A stretch of DNA of 64,000 nt. Source: Lama guanicoe. Its lineage: Eukaryota. Under the pieces are notes generated by a model, which saw only the letters and a program-made list of their open reading frames with translations, had not been told where the DNA came from and searched no databases. The stretch lies in NCBI GenBank assembly GCA_013239625.1, contig MU054212.1, positions 1,612,001 through 1,676,000 of the forward strand. Reading direction: 5' to 3'. Position numbers and translations under genes: made by a program. Position 1 is the stretch's first letter. Every line of letters begins with the position of its first letter. Shown piece after piece: positions 1 to 13,908 of the stretch.

Positions 1-1964
1 GCCCAAGTATGTTTTGTAGTATCCCACCCCTTTCTTTCTCCTGGACTTAAGTGTGGGTGTGATTTTCTTCCAGTGTAGCCACCTTACTTCATTGTGTTCT
101 GTGCCTCAAACCAAGGAGGGGACCAGGCAGCCCACGCTGCTCAGTCCAGCTGGTTATCTTTGATGGTATAGCTGGTTTATTGACACCTCAGTTATCTCTG
201 AGCATCTTTAGGCACTGAGTCAGGGATTTTCTTTGTTTGCTTTGTGGACAGTGCCTGGTACATGACAGGGGCTCTATGTGTAAATCCGAGGAGTAGCTGC
301 TCTTGGTAGGCAGCGGTGAGCTGAATCAAATAACTATAACAAAAACGTAAGATTGGTTTCCTGGTCTTTTAATTCTGGAAAGAGGTGTCTGTCACAAAGG
401 AAAGAAGTATGGAGGAAGTGATTCACTGTTACCATTTCAATTTCTTGGTGCTCAGAAAAAGGAACTGTATATCTGGAGAAAATAAAGGATTATGCTGGGT
501 GGCTGAAGGTCATCTGTTGCTGGTGATTTGGGGAAGACTGAAGCTAGAAGCCAGTTTGAAAGAATGATTTTTGTGGATGAGTGCAATAGCCTCAAAGCTG
601 ATGTCCTTCTGTGGTTGTTCTTCCTTCCAGTCCATCCTAAATACTGCCGTGATTTCTCTTTCTTAAAAAAAAAACAAACCACCTTTATCAAGTCACCCTC
701 CCATTAGAAATATCTTTAATGACTTCCTTTTTCCCTAAGAAGTGAGTTTCAGAGTTTTACGGGAGCAGTCAAAATCCCCTCGCCTTAGCCTCTACCCACC
801 TCCCCAACCTGCCCTTTCACGCACCACTTCCATCGCAGTGAGTTAGGGCTTTTTGCTGCCCCTCATTTCCACTTCCATGTATGGCCGTTGTCCTTTTGCT
901 GTACACAGATGTCCCCCAGAGTCAGTCCATTTACTGAGCAGTCAGCAGTCCTTAGTTTTCCAGTGCGCTTTGTTCCCTGGAACAGCGTTAACCACCTGCC
1001 CTCTCGGCCCCCTTACTTTTCTAGGACCCACAGCTTACTTGCCTTTACCTGCGTACTTAAGTTAAAACTTAGATTATTTACAAAAGATCAATAAGCAAGC
1101 TAATTAAATATATGTAATTGAAAGGAGAATGTGTTCTGCAGTGTTAAATTTGTAAAGTTCTCAGAGTGAGAACTGAAGCTTTTGAGTTTTATCTTTAAAT
1201 AACATCTGGCTCGGAACAGAATAGCCTCTCTGAGAGCTCCAGCCTTCTCAGAGCTTTACTTGGCAAGGCAAAGGGCTTAAGACAGGAGAAGATGTCAAGA
1301 ATATCCAAATGACCCCCCAGAATGAGTGGGCTTCCTTAAAAACTTAACTTGCTAACAGGGAGAGGTTTGGGAGAATCTAGTAATTATCTGTGGTCTAACT
1401 GGCTGCCTACCTGAGTCACTCTGTCCACCACCCACCGGGAATTTATCTGATTTCTCTGATGCTGATTGAGTTGACTCATATAAACTATAGTGAATTTCTT
1501 CTTAGGCACAATGCTCCATGGAATTAATCAAACTTTGGGTTTGTCTACTGTAATCAGTTCGATAGTTGCTTTCTGCTCATGGATGGCTCCTTGCCTTCAT
1601 TAAATCTGAAGGTTTCAGCTTTTGTTAGTGCACACCACCTCAATCAATACAGGCAAGTATAGCTGTCTCCTAAATGAGGCTGTCAAGCCAAGGCCCTGAT
1701 AACCAGTGGTTGCCAAATACTTAATGGTCTGTGTTGTGTGTCACAGCATCCTCGTCACATTCAGTCTAGGGCCTTGAACTTACCTTTAAAATACTCTCTT
1801 CTAAAACTTACTTCATTATTTTCTATCCTTTATTTTCCTTATTTAACATTTTATAGCGTATCAGCAAGGTGCTTCAGAAAACACGAGGCGGGACTGAGAA
1901 GTTAGCAGAGCTGAGAACCATCAGCACCCATTGGCACCCTCTGTCCTCAAGTTGCATTTCCTTA

Positions 1965-2350
1965 GTGTGGTGCTTATTAGTGCTGTTTACCAAATGTTCC
2001 AGTTTCCAACTCCAGTTACTTGAGATGATTGTATTTCCTGACTCCCTTGTGGTTGATGGGGTCATGTGACTAGTTATGGACAATGAGTTGAAAGCAAAAG
2101 TAATGTGTGTCACTTTTTTGCTGAAACATTAATGTCAGTGTTTAATTTTCCCTCTGCTCCTGTGACCAGCAATTCCTAGATTTGGCAGCTCTGCCAGACT
2201 GGGTCCTGATGATGACAAAAAAGATACAGAGCCAAGCCCCAGCCAACCTACTGTGGACATGTAGAGTGAGAAAGAAATCAACCTTTATTGTTTTTAGCCA
2301 CTGATGTTTTTGAGTTTTTGTTACCATAGCATAACTTAACTTAGCCTACA
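1965..2350 (+). mobile_element. MaLR solo LTR, old MLT1 group
   Basis: Typical MLT1 motifs 'ggtcatgtgactagttatggacaatgag' and 3' end 'aacctttattgtttttagccactgatg...ttgttaccatagcataac'. Boundaries approximate. Confidence 0.7.
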
Positions 2351-2419
2351 TGAGATAGGCAGCTTACGAGATAATAAAAAACCATGAGATGTGTAAGGAG
2401 GACATTATCAGTATCTTTG

Positions 2420-2860
2420 CGATACCACTGCTAATCTGAAGACTCCCAAATTTATATTCTTAGCCTATGCTTCTTCTCTGAGCTCACACCTACATATCTA
2501 ACTGCCCTATCAGACATATCCACTTGGATGTCTCAAAAGGTGCCTCATGATGTGCACCTGAACTTGTATTATGTGGAAACTGCAAATTATGTGCAAACTG
2601 AACTTGTAAATGTCTCCAAAATTTGGATATCTCCAGTTTTGTGTCATCATTTAGCATGTTCTCAGTTAGTAAAGTCACTCTCATCATAAGCTTCTTCCTT
2701 TACTTTATGGGAGATATGATGGGAATAATCTTCTCATCATCAAGGCCTGATGAGTCTGCAGAGCATAGCTTGTTCCTGACCACTTGTCTCCTTATTTATT
2801 GCCAACATTCTAGTCAAAACCACCGACATCTAGCACCTAGATTACTACGATGGCCCCCAG

Positions 2861-2899
<39 letters not shown>

Positions 2900-3511
2900 T
2901 ACCTCAATTGATTCTGTACCCAGTAGCCAGAAGATCTTTTAAAAATGTACACAAGAACATATTGACCCCTACAATGACTTCCCATTAAACACAAGAGTAT
3001 AAATCTAAACTTCTTGCCATGTTCTACAAGTTCCTATGTGATCTGGCTCCTCCTATCTCTCCAGCCTTATTTTTTTACCTCAATGACCCGCACATACATT
3101 GACCATTCCTCAGTTACTAGAACAAATCAAGTCTTTCAGGCATCAGAGCCTTTGCTTCCACTATTCCCTTGGCCTAGAATGCTGTTCCATTGGCTCTGTA
3201 AATTGTTTAATTCTTCTTGTCTCTTAAGTCTTAGGTTAACTATCATTCTTTAGAGGGTTTTTTTCAGACTCTCCTATCAAGAGTAGGCAACTTTGTTATT
3301 TTCCAGTTACTCAAAATTGTTTCTTTAAGTGTACTTTTCACAACCTCCAAATATTTGATTTTTTTTTTTTTTGATGAGTGTTGCTCTTCGCACAAGAAGG
3401 GAAGCTTCAAGAGGACAAGAATCTTGTCGAGCTTGTTCACCATTATAGTCCCAGTGCCCTGTGTGATGGCCATATGTAGTATGCTCTCATAGTCTATTTG
3501 GATGAATGAAT
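2420..3511 (+). mobile_element. LINE-2 (L2) 3' region, degraded
   Basis: 'gactcccaaatttatat...atatccacttggatgtctc' and the canonical L2 3' terminus 'gtagtatgctctcatagtctatttggatgaatgaat'. Confidence 0.75.
2865..2895. repeat. (TC)n microsatellite
   Basis: Run of tctctctc... seen directly. Confidence 0.95.
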
Positions 3512-3514
3512 AGG

Positions 3515-3640
3515 CTATCCGTATTTCACAAGACAAAACTGAGAAGGCAGGTGACCTGCTCAGAGTCTGTGGGTAGTGAGTGAGTAGCAGGGACTGAGTC
3601 TCTGACCAAATCTCCTGATCCTGGAGTTTGTGCTTTGATT
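3515..3640 (-). mobile_element. MIR SINE fragment
   Basis: 'atttcacaagacaaaactgag...gtgacctgctcagagtc' resembles the reverse-complement MIR core. Confidence 0.55.
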
Positions 3641-6229
3641 CCACATAACATAGACTTTCATGTTGCCACCTGATAAGCAACAAAAGGCAATTTTCTTGGG
3701 ATTCATTTTCTATCAGAATCTCGTGAACTTTTTCCTTTTCCCTCACCACTAAACAGTGGCTTTGCAACACCAGCCACCCAGCTAGTCTGCTCATTTCTCA
3801 TTCTATAAAATGTTATTAAACTGCACCACACAGATAAGTACTAGAAAAATTGCCAGGTTATTTTCCTAACATAAAATTAGCCAATTTGCCTGTGTATGGA
3901 TTGTAAAGGATGAAAAGCATCCCATTCAAGTGATTAACCTCTTAGTTAATAAAAGCAACAATTTCATGTGTATAAATAATATAAGGAACATTCATATCAA
4001 AGTTATGTAGCCCTCCCCTTGCTTGGCTTATCTCTTTAATTGGTAAATAATTCATCAAACTTTGAAATGAATTGTACTCCCACCCAGATTTCTTCATCCA
4101 ATTATTATGAAATAGGAAAGCAGCCTCCTTCTTTCTCCCTTTGGAAGACAGGAGATAATGAAATCGTTCAGGGCTTCCGTGAGCCTGTGTAGGGCTAGAT
4201 AGAGAACCCCGCCAGCACAGCCTCGCTGGGTAACTGAGCAGGGCTTCTTCAGGATCCGGCGAATGGGGCTTGTCCCTTCAGTTTGCCCTCTTTCTCCCTG
4301 AAGGTCATGTGTTTGTCTTTCTCCTGGAGCACCCACAAATATTACCTGTTGTGAGTGTGACTTTCAACGGGAGGAATGGGCTGAGTGGAGCAGTCAGCTG
4401 CCTGAAGATTTTAACATGACTTTTGCATCAAAATGAGTTGCACGGGTCCATTTTTACAATGCTGATGAACCACAATTCCTGGACATGGAAATGTCCTTTT
4501 ATGTTGTAAATTATGTAAGATTACTGCTGAAAGTTTCTTATGGGAGCTATAATTTTTTCCCCTTTGGACTTCTTCATGTGTGGAAAAAACCCTATATTAG
4601 ATATAAATTAATATACTCTTGGGCTGATGACCTTTGGTTTTTTGCCTTTTACCTTTAAATTGAAGTAGAATAATGCCCAACATAGTGTAATTTGCCTTTG
4701 CAAAACTCTGATATGTATGTCACTATAATTCCCAAGGATGGTCTCGCTAATAAATCCCATTAAAAACTCTCTTTTCAGATCGTTTTGGTTCCTCTCTTGA
4801 GTTCTGTTTAGAATTTGATCGTTATCCGTACTCAACAGCTTTTAACTTTGTTGTAGGTGGAACACAGAGGTTGTGTACTGAACTTACAATAGCAGTGTTT
4901 ATACCTGGGGTTTCTTTATTTTCCCTCCAATGCATTAGAGTTTTATGGAAAAAGATAAAACAGTTACTGCCTCCTTTACCACAGCTTTTTGAATAGCCTC
5001 TTCAGCTTGAAGTTTATGGCTGCAGAAAAATCATCTTAATTTGCAAATTGTACCAGCACTGTTCTCTGGGTCCTGGTACTATAGTCAAGCAAAGAGAGAA
5101 ATGGAAATGTCAGCAGCAGCATTTATGACTGACTCGGTGGGGAAACTTCTTCTGAGTCAAGATGGAGCATATTACCTGGGTGTGCTAGGGAAGTGGGAAT
5201 GCCACTCAACCCCAAGCTTTCATTCTGCTCCATCGTGTCTAAGGTCCACTGAAACCCTTAACTTTAACTTTTGTACTATTTAAAGTTGTGGCAAAGGCTT
5301 TCTGTTAAAAAACGATAGCTTGATGACTAGCCCATTTAATTCTTTCCTAAAAATTTCCCTTTCTCTTTTCAAATACATAAGCTATTCTTCCCTGTTGCTT
5401 GAGAAACACTGTTGTGAAATTCTGCTTATTCCTTCTACTTACGGCTGCTCTACAGAGACAAAGAAATTTCTGTAGAAATGAACAATAGGAAAAGAACCAT
5501 GCTGGAATTGGATTGACTGGACTTGCTAAAGCAAATATGTCTTAATCTTAATTAACCAGCTTTTGACATCTGGATGTAAGGACTGCTGGCTTTGTCACAT
5601 GAGTACTTTATAATCAGTGTCCTCTGGGTGGCTATCCTAGAATTTTTCTCTGTAGAGTAAATTCTTTCTATCAAACACTGCACCACAATATCCCAAACCA
5701 CAGCAGGGAAACTTTGATCAAGGTCAGGACAAATGGACTTGGAGGAGTTTCTAGCCGAAAAAGGCAGCTATTCTCTATGACTGCCTGGAAAATGGTTTTT
5801 CTTTATCTGGGAAGTTCCCACTTTTCAGAGCAAGGTGCCGATATGGGAGTGGCTGCCCATGGCATACTGAGCAGGCAGGGATGCCTGTCTGGCCAGCCTG
5901 AGCAGCAGGCATCTTTCATCTTCTCAGGTCCTTCCGTGGATCATTTTTTAGAATCCCAACCTGATGGCAGTGCTCACCCAATGATTAGAGAAGAAACGCT
6001 ATTCCTGGAACTGGTCTTTGTCTAAACAGGATCATAAAACAGACAACACTGGTAGAATCTATTTTGGTGTCCCTCTCCCTGACCCCCAATCTCCTTCCTC
6101 CTGTGAGTTCTCTGTTTTTCTGGGTTTCTTTCCCTCCTTTTGCCTCACCTTCAGAATCTAGCTATCCATTGTCTTACGCCTTAAAATCTTATTTCTGCCA
6201 CCACAGCCATAGAAGGGGAATGAATGGGA

Positions 6230-7385
6230 AGCCAATATTTACTGAGTACATATGGTGATTGGCCCTCATTTAAGAAGTGTACATATTGCATTAGAGTCAC
6301 AGTTGTGCATATGAGTTAGCTCCATTTTACAGATGAGACCAAGTGACTTGCCTAAGAGCACACAGCAAGCAAGGAGTAGAGTCAGAATTGGCTCAATAAG
6401 AAAAAAATAAACAACCCAATCCAAAAATGGGCAGAAGACCTAAACAAGCAATTCTCCAAGGAAGACATATAGATGATCAATAGGCACATGAAAAGATGCT
6501 CAGTATCACTAATTATCAGAGAAATGCAAATCAAAACAACAATGAGGTATTACCTCACACCAGTCAGAATGGCCATAATTCAAAAATCCACAAATGACAA
6601 ATGCTGGAGAGGCTGTGGAGAAAAGTGAACCCTCCTTCACTGCTGGTGGGAATACAGTTTGGTACATCCACTGTGGAAAACAGTATGGAGATTCCTCAAA
6701 AGACTAGGAATAGACTTACCATATGACCCAAGAATCCCACTCCTGGGCATATATCCAGAAGGAATCATACTTCAGGACCTGCACCCCAATGTTTATAACA
6801 GCATTATTTACAATAGCCAAGACATGGAAACAGCCTAAATGTCCATCAACAGATGACTGGATAAAGAAGATGTGGTATATTTATACAATGGAATACTACT
6901 CAGCCATAAAAACTGACAACATAACGCCATTTGCAGCAACATGGATGCTCCTGGAGAATGTCATTCTAAGTGAAGTAAGCCAGAAAGAGAAAGAAAAATA
7001 CCATATGAGATCGCTCATATGTGGAATCTAAAAAAAAAAAAATCATAAATACAAAACAGAAATAGACTCACAGACATAGAATATAAACTTGTGGTTGCCA
7101 AGGGGGCGGGGGGTGGGAAGAGATAGACTGGGATTTCAGAATTGTAGAGTAGATAAACAACATTATACTGTATAGCACAGGGAAATATATACAAGATCTT
7201 ATGGTAGCTCACAGAGAAAAAAATGTGACAATAAATATATACATGTTCACGTATAACTGAAAAATTGTGCTCTACACTGGAATTTGACACAACATTGTAA
7301 AATGATTATAAATCAATTTAAAAAAGTTAAAAAAAAAAAAGGAGTAGAGTCAGAATTGCAATTTAGGTGTTTGACTTCAAGGGCC
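6230..7385 (-). mobile_element. MIR SINE split by an L1 insertion (pieces ~6230-6390 and ~7359-7385)
   Basis: 'ctccattttacagatgag...aagtgacttgcctaagagcacacagc' resumes after the L1 as 'caatttaggtgtttgacttcaagggcc'. Confidence 0.65.
6391..7338 (+). mobile_element. Young 5'-truncated LINE-1 (ORF2 C-terminus + 3'UTR + poly-A) with 20-bp TSD
   Basis: ORF 6723-7031 gives the ORF2p C-terminal sequence 'CTPMFITALFTIAKTWKQPKCPSTDDWIKKMWYIYTMEYYSAIK'. The A-tail is at ~7329-7340. Identical TSD aaggagtagagtcagaattg at 6371-6390 and 7339-7358. Confidence 0.95.
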
Positions 7386-8444
7386 ACGCCCAACTAATCC
7401 TTCCTAATGTAATCACTACAAGGTTACATACTTTCTTAAACTCAATTAAAATTCTCTTATTCACATACAACTCTTTAGAATCAAGTCTTCAGTCTGAGAC
7501 AGGTTTACAGGGATGATCTTTTTGATAAGACCAAGTTTAGACCCCTAAGGGGGCACCTCAAATACTTCCACGTGGTGGACTGTCTTTACCTGTAGATCCT
7601 GTTTTGACTGGGACCAACATTATGACCAAGAAAATGTGGTTGACTTGATATTCCCAGAATTCCTGTTTCATTAGGTGACATTTGCATGTCCACTGTTCTA
7701 GACCTGACCTGCTTTTTGTGACTCTGATCTCTTTGTGTGGATTAACACATTGACTTCCTAAACTTGGCCCTATTCATCCGTCCCAGAATTACCTGGGCTG
7801 TCCTATTTTGGCATGGTCAGGGTCCTCACCAGTTGTTTCACCTCATGCACTGGCTTCATTATGTGTGTGTGATTTATTTACAATCATGTTTCCATTGTCT
7901 TACTAGTATAATCCTCTACAGTTCAGCCTGGTCATTTTTCTAGTTTATTATTCCTATTTTAGCCCATTCTTTGTGGGCTACTGACTGCATCTCCCTTTAT
8001 TTTGCAATATAGACATGTGCTAACTTTTATTTCTTATGCTTGAGTGTTATTGCTTGACAAAGATACCTCCCTTGGTCATTCCAAATCATTGGTTAGATTT
8101 TAGGTGCAATAAGATTAAAATAGAAAATTGAGATGCCACATATTTTCTTGTACTTCAGAGTGGATTGATCTCATTTGAAGCCATCACAATTTTAGTTGTA
8201 AGAGATTAGATTTAAAACCTAGAGATTAGATCGAAATAGATTAGACTGAAAAACTAATTGTCTTATTTTAGTTTGCCTTTTTTTAAGACATTGTGGTAGA
8301 ATGGAAGGTGTTAGGGTGCAGGGGATCTGGATTCTACCGTTGGCTCCATCCGTAATCATCTATACCTATATCAAAGCATCATTGGAACGGATGGCATCTT
8401 GATTATCCCAATTCAGTAGGCATTTACCCACTCTTATGAGGATA

Positions 8445-8565
8445 GTGGGCTTTAGACTTAGACTGTGTAGGTTAGAATCCATGCTCTCCCACTTACTTAC
8501 TGTATGATCTTGATCAAATTATCTTTTCTGAGACACTGCTTTCTTATCTTTAAATGGGGATGTGA
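8445..8565 (+). mobile_element. MIR SINE fragment
   Basis: 'ggttagaatccatgctctcccacttacttactgtatgatcttgatcaaatt...cttatctttaaatgggga' is the MIR core. Confidence 0.65.
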
Positions 8566-8949
8566 CAATTAAACTGAGATACAAAGAATCAATAGATTCT
8601 ATTCTGTAAAATGGAGCATTTGAACTATGTGATCTTTAAAACTTCTTCATTTCTAAAAGTCTATTCTATATAAAACCACAGGGAAGTAAATGTATTTAAG
8701 CAGAATCATGTGGCTTCAGATTGTAAAAAAGAAAGAATTTTTCTGGTTAGAAACCAGATGTGTTACTTGAAGAGGTTCTGGATTTATCCTCCTAATAAAT
8801 AAACTAGTGACTTTTCTGGTTGGAATGGTTTTGCTGAAAGTTAAAGAGATGGAATAAGTCAGTAGGTTTCAAACAAGTCAAAGAATGAGGAGCATTAAAT
8901 TCACCTAAGGAAGTTTTTATAGTGTTATTCAAATCTCTACCCTTACTGA

Positions 8950-11280
8950 TTTCTTGTCGACTTTATTTGGGTGAGTTTCTGAGTGCTAAAATCTCCAACT
9001 GTAATTGTAGATTTGTCTATTTCTTATTTCTGACAGTTTTTGATTCAAGTATTTCAGAGCTCTGTTACTTGGTACATACAAATGTAAGCTTTTTTTCTTG
9101 ATAAATTGGCTTTATTATCATTATGAAATGTCCCTCTTCATCTCTGTTTTGTCTTCAAGTATACATTGTCTGATACCTACATGGCTGTTCCAGCTTTCTT
9201 ATGATTAGTGTTTGTATAATACATGATTTCTATTCTTTTACTTTTAACTAATGTGTGTCTATTTTAAAAAATCGCCTCTTTTAAACAATATGTGTTTGGG
9301 TCTTTCTTTTTATTTAGTCAAATAATCTCTGCCTTTTAATTGCAGTATTTAGTCCATTTAGATATAATGTGTTTATTAATGTGATAGCATTTAAATCTAC
9401 AATCTTGCTATTTGTTTTCTATTTGTCTCATCTGTTCTTTGCTATCTTTTCTCTCCTTTTCTGCATTTCTTAGATTAATTATTTTATATTATTACATATT
9501 ATCTAAACTATTGGTTTATAGCTCTATCTCTTTGTTTTATTTTTAAGGTGGTTGTTATGTATTACAGTATGTATTCCTAATTTACTAGAGCCTACCTTGA
9601 ATTTCTATTTTACCACTTACCACATACAAGAACCTTACAAGGATATACTTCCATTTGGCTTATTATAGCGTACTTTCTCTCATGTATGTTACAATTCTAA
9701 ACTACATTGTTAATATTTTTGCTTTTAAGAAAATCAACTACTGAAGAAATAAAAACAAGACGAAGTCTTTTGTTTACCAGTATATTTGCTGTTTCTAGCA
9801 CTTTTTATTTATTTTTTTTTCATGTAGATTTGAGTTCTAGTATCATTTGTCTTTAACCTGAAGAACTTCCTTTAACATCTTACAGTACAAGTCTCCTCTT
9901 AGTGAATTCTCTCTCAGCTTATGTTTATCTAAAAATGCTTTTTCTTTCATTTTTGAAGGGTACTTTTGGCTGGATATAGAATTCTAGGGTGATAGATATT
10001 TTTCTTTCAATATTTTAAATATGTCTTTCTGTTATCTTCAGCCTTGCATTATTTCTAAAGAGAGATCACCTTTCATTCATATCATTGTTGCCCTAAATGT
10101 AATGTATCTTTTTACCTTGACTGCTTTTAAGATTTTCTTACAATTGTTATTCAGTAATGTTACTATATTTTGCCTGCATAGTTTTTTTTTTTAAATATTT
10201 ATCCTGCTTGAGGTTTGTTGAGATTTCTTACATCTGTGGATTGATGTGAAATTTGGAATATATTTGGTCATTATTTCTTGAAATATATATATTTTTCTGG
10301 CCCAATATATCTCCAGGTGGCCTCAATCTCTTTCTCCTTTTATTCTCTCCTTTTATTAATCTACACAGATGTTAACCCTTTTGCTATTATTTGTTAGGTC
10401 CTTGAGAATCTGTTTATTTTTTCCAATCTTTTTCTTTTGGCATTTCAGGTTGGATAGTTTCTATTTGCCTGTTTTAAGTACACTGATCTTCTCTTCTGCA
10501 GTCTCTAATGCATTCTCAAGCTTACCCACTGAATGTTTTACTTCAAATGTTGTACTAATTCTAGACTCTCCACTTGGCTCTTTTAAAGTAATTTCCATTT
10601 TTCTCCTGAGGGTCCCTATCTGTTTACTGATATGCCCATCTTTTTTTTGTTAAATTATTGAAAATATTTATAATAGCTATTTTAAACTAATCCTCTGCTA
10701 ATTCCAATAAATATATGCATTATCTGTGGGTCTGTTTATATTGGTGGTTTTTCTCTTGGGTATGGGACACATTTTCCTGTGTTTTTGGATGTCTAATTTA
10801 TTTTTTATTACGTGTTCGACATTGTGGCTGTTACATTATTGAGAATATGGATTTTTAAAAAGATGCCCATCTAGAAAGAAAGCTGAGTTTTAGATGAGCA
10901 GAAAGCTAATTTAGTGGCATATCAGCCTGAGCCTGTTGAGGCTTGACTTCAGGGTTTGTTACAGAGATCTAAAATAACCCTGCCACTAAGATGTGGACTT
11001 CCGGGGTCTTGACTGAATGCCTGAAGAGTTTCAGAGAGTTCTGTTCACTCTGGTTGGTCAGAACTTTAACATCTCCCAGTCCTGTGCACCTTGAAAGTGT
11101 CTGTTTTTCCCACAACTCCCCAGTAGCTGTACTCTGCTAGGTCTCACAGAATCTAACCCTGTCAGTGTGTACAGATTCATATTTGGCCAAAGATGTCAGG
11201 GAACACCTATGTAGGTTTCTAGGGGTCCTCCTCTGTGCATATAATTCCTCCCTGGTGTCCACCCCGCAAATTCTACAACA
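8950..11280 (-). mobile_element. Old LINE-1 (L1M-type) fragment: start of ORF2, inter-ORF, ORF1 and 5' region
   Basis: Very T-rich. 'aaatctccaactgtaattgtagatttgtctatttc' is the reverse of the endonuclease-domain sequence. 'tggctggatatagaattctaggg' is the reverse of the ORF1 'PRILYPA' motif. No intact ORF. Confidence 0.8.
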
Positions 11281-11759
11281 TCAAACTCTAACTGAACATA
11301 GAAATAAAAGGTATCCTAAATCAATGACAGTATAGAAATTAAAACAAAATGAATTATATTTCTATAGTTATAAAATTTCAACTGTTATTTCTGTTTATTT
11401 AGTAGTAGTTTCCCTGAAGTCTGCAAGATGGCAGTGTTCTTTTTGGGAAAATTATTATTTTGGAGATGAGTTCTAATAATAACTACAAAATAAACTTCAG
11501 TACATGTAAATCATTGCGTTAACTGCTTCACATGGATTAGCTCACTTAATTGTCAGGGCACTTCTCCCAGTAAGACCTGTGATTTGACTTCATTTTCCTG
11601 TGCTGGTTTAGTAAGTGCCCCTAGGCAGAACGCTCAGGTGGATATGGAGCTGACCTTTTTGTTTCTCCCATTCTCGGTATGTTGTAAAATACCTAAGAAT
11701 ATGTCCAGTTTTATAATTGGTTATAGTGGGAAGGTAAGTGTGATACTTATTACATGAGT

Positions 11760-11900
11760 CTTGCTGGAATCCTAAGGAGCTTTTAAAATATGTGGATTCC
11801 AATGCCCTACCAAAACCTTCTGATTCAGAATCTCCAAGGTGATCTTAGAAAGAAAGCATCTGTATTTTAATATACATTCAGGATTTGGACCCACCAGTGC
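11760..11900. mobile_element. hAT-Charlie MITE (MER5-like) fragment
   Basis: 'gagcttttaaaatatgtggattccaatgccctacc...ctgattcagaatctcc' is the MER5-type core. Confidence 0.55.
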
Positions 11901-13639
11901 ATATGACCCTTCCCAGTAATAACAGGCCCAGAATTATTCTGACCTTAGAGCATTCTAAAAAGCCTCATTTAAAAGTCTCAACTGATATATCTTTACAACT
12001 TGCCTCTGGGAGATTAATCATGACTTAACTGGGTCTCCCATCATGAAGGATTTCTCAATTTCCAGACTGTTTTCAATCCTAGAATCTCCTCAGTTCTAAT
12101 AGTTTGTCCTCCTGAATTAAAGTAAACAATTCTTTATATTCTTAATGTTTACACCTTCAAAATTTAGTAGACACTTATGATATTCCCTGCCAGTCATGAA
12201 ATCAGGCTATACATATTTAATTGTTTTAATGTACCCCATAAATCAACTTCTTGTACTCCCCAGTCATGCTGGTTGCAACATCTTGTCTTCTCTCTGCATG
12301 GGAATGAAGAAGGCCAGAACAAGACGTCTTTCTTCTAGCCATGCTTTCCTAAGGAATAGGACTTATGTCCCATCTTCTCCAGTCTTTGCCATCTGATCTG
12401 GAATTTTCATTCCATAAAGCAGCAGACTTTCATTACTCATTGGTTCTGTTCTAATTATTTTGTAAATAATTTTCAAATTCTTAAGCTCCCTTCTTTCACT
12501 GAATAAAAGTATTTAAAGTTTTCTTTTTTATTTAAAAATTTTGAATACTTGCACATTCCTCAAGTGGAATGAATCCATTAAAAATCCTGTGTGTGTAATT
12601 AAACAATCTTACTGTCCCTAGATTTCTCTGTCATTTTTGGCACCTGGCATGCTTTCCTTGGAGGTTTTCAATTGTGGGCTATAATACCTTCAGAATAATG
12701 AAAATTTAGATCCCACAAATCACCCAAAGCCAAACATCAGTTTCTTTGGCCGGTAAAGCATGCCTGGTTAGCTGATGCTTTCAGAGGGGCTGACAAAAGA
12801 CCTTAGATAAAACACTGAGTATGCCACTGTTTAAGGCCATCACAATTGTGCTGTAATTATTGTGGCAGGCTCCTTCCTGTCTAGAATATCTCCCTGAACA
12901 GTAGGTAGTGTGTCTTGGGGTTGACAGGTGGCTAGATTCCCCTCTGTGTTAGTGAGGATGTTAGATGTTGCCAGGAGAATTTAAAGCAACATAGGCAGTG
13001 TCTTAGCACTGGAATTGTCCTAATTTTCCTCTTAGCTCTGTGCAATATGCATTTCTTAGGGACATGCAAAAGAAAAGCCTCCTTTCCCCCATTTTCCTAA
13101 ACTCCTCTCCTTACCAAGGCAGATTCTCCAATTTTCTGGCTGCCCCCGGGAGCCATACTTACCGTATCCCCAACGCTCCTGTGCCCATGTTTTATGCAAA
13201 GATGTGAGCAGCTGGCCACCAAACCCCCGAGAGTCTGCGGCTTTTGTGTTCCAAAGCCTCTCCTCTGCCTTCTTTTCCCTCCCCTCCTGGCTTCTAGGCT
13301 CTGTGATCTTTTCTCCACCACTCCCTTGTGTCAGCATTTGCTGGATGGGCTCTGTGCTTTTTACCCGGGCATCTGTACTGAGCAATGTTGAACTTTCTTA
13401 AAGAGTGGTTGGTAAGCACAGGGAGTGGTATCAGAGGATGACTGGTACTTAGTAGGTCCTTTCTGCTGAGCCTTTGTTCAAGCCTTCTAAAGAAGTCCCG
13501 TATTACCAGGCAGAAAATCTAAAGAATCCCTATGGCATAGTGGATCGAATACGGGGTGAGAGAGCAGAGTCTGTTTTGAGGCTTAAATCAGATAATGTAT
13601 ACAGAATACTAGAACAGTGAGAGCTTCGTACATGACCTT

Positions 13640-13880
13640 GGACCCAGGAATCAGACTACTTAGGTTTTAAGCCCAATTCTACCACTCACAATCTTTGTGG
13701 TCTTGGGCAATGTCATATCCTCTCTGTACCTTGATTGTTAACACCAGCAAAATAGAAATAGTTCCCACATCAGGGTTGTGATAGAGGTTCAAGGAGTTAA
13801 TGTAATCGAACTTAGAAAAGTGCCTAATGTAATAAGTGCATAATAAATGTTCAATAAAAGGTAGTTAAAATAGTGATATT
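13640..13880 (+). mobile_element. MIR SINE
   Basis: 'aatcagactacttaggttttaagcccaattctaccactcacaatctttgtggtcttgggcaa...cagggttgtgatagagg...aagtgcataataaatg'. Confidence 0.7.
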
Positions 13881-13908
13881 GTTATTATTATTATTATTTA
13901 TTATTATT
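13881..13908. repeat. (TTA)n tract
   Basis: ttattattattattatt seen directly at the MIR tail. Confidence 0.9.

Noticed and set aside
3264..3794. Longest non-L1 ORF (176 aa, - strand)
   Set aside because: It runs through MIR and L2 remnants and a poly-T tract, and has no recognisable domain.
7100..7135. G-quadruplex-like G-rich tract
   Set aside because: This is the ordinary polypurine tract of L1 3'UTRs, also present near 46925 and 49920.
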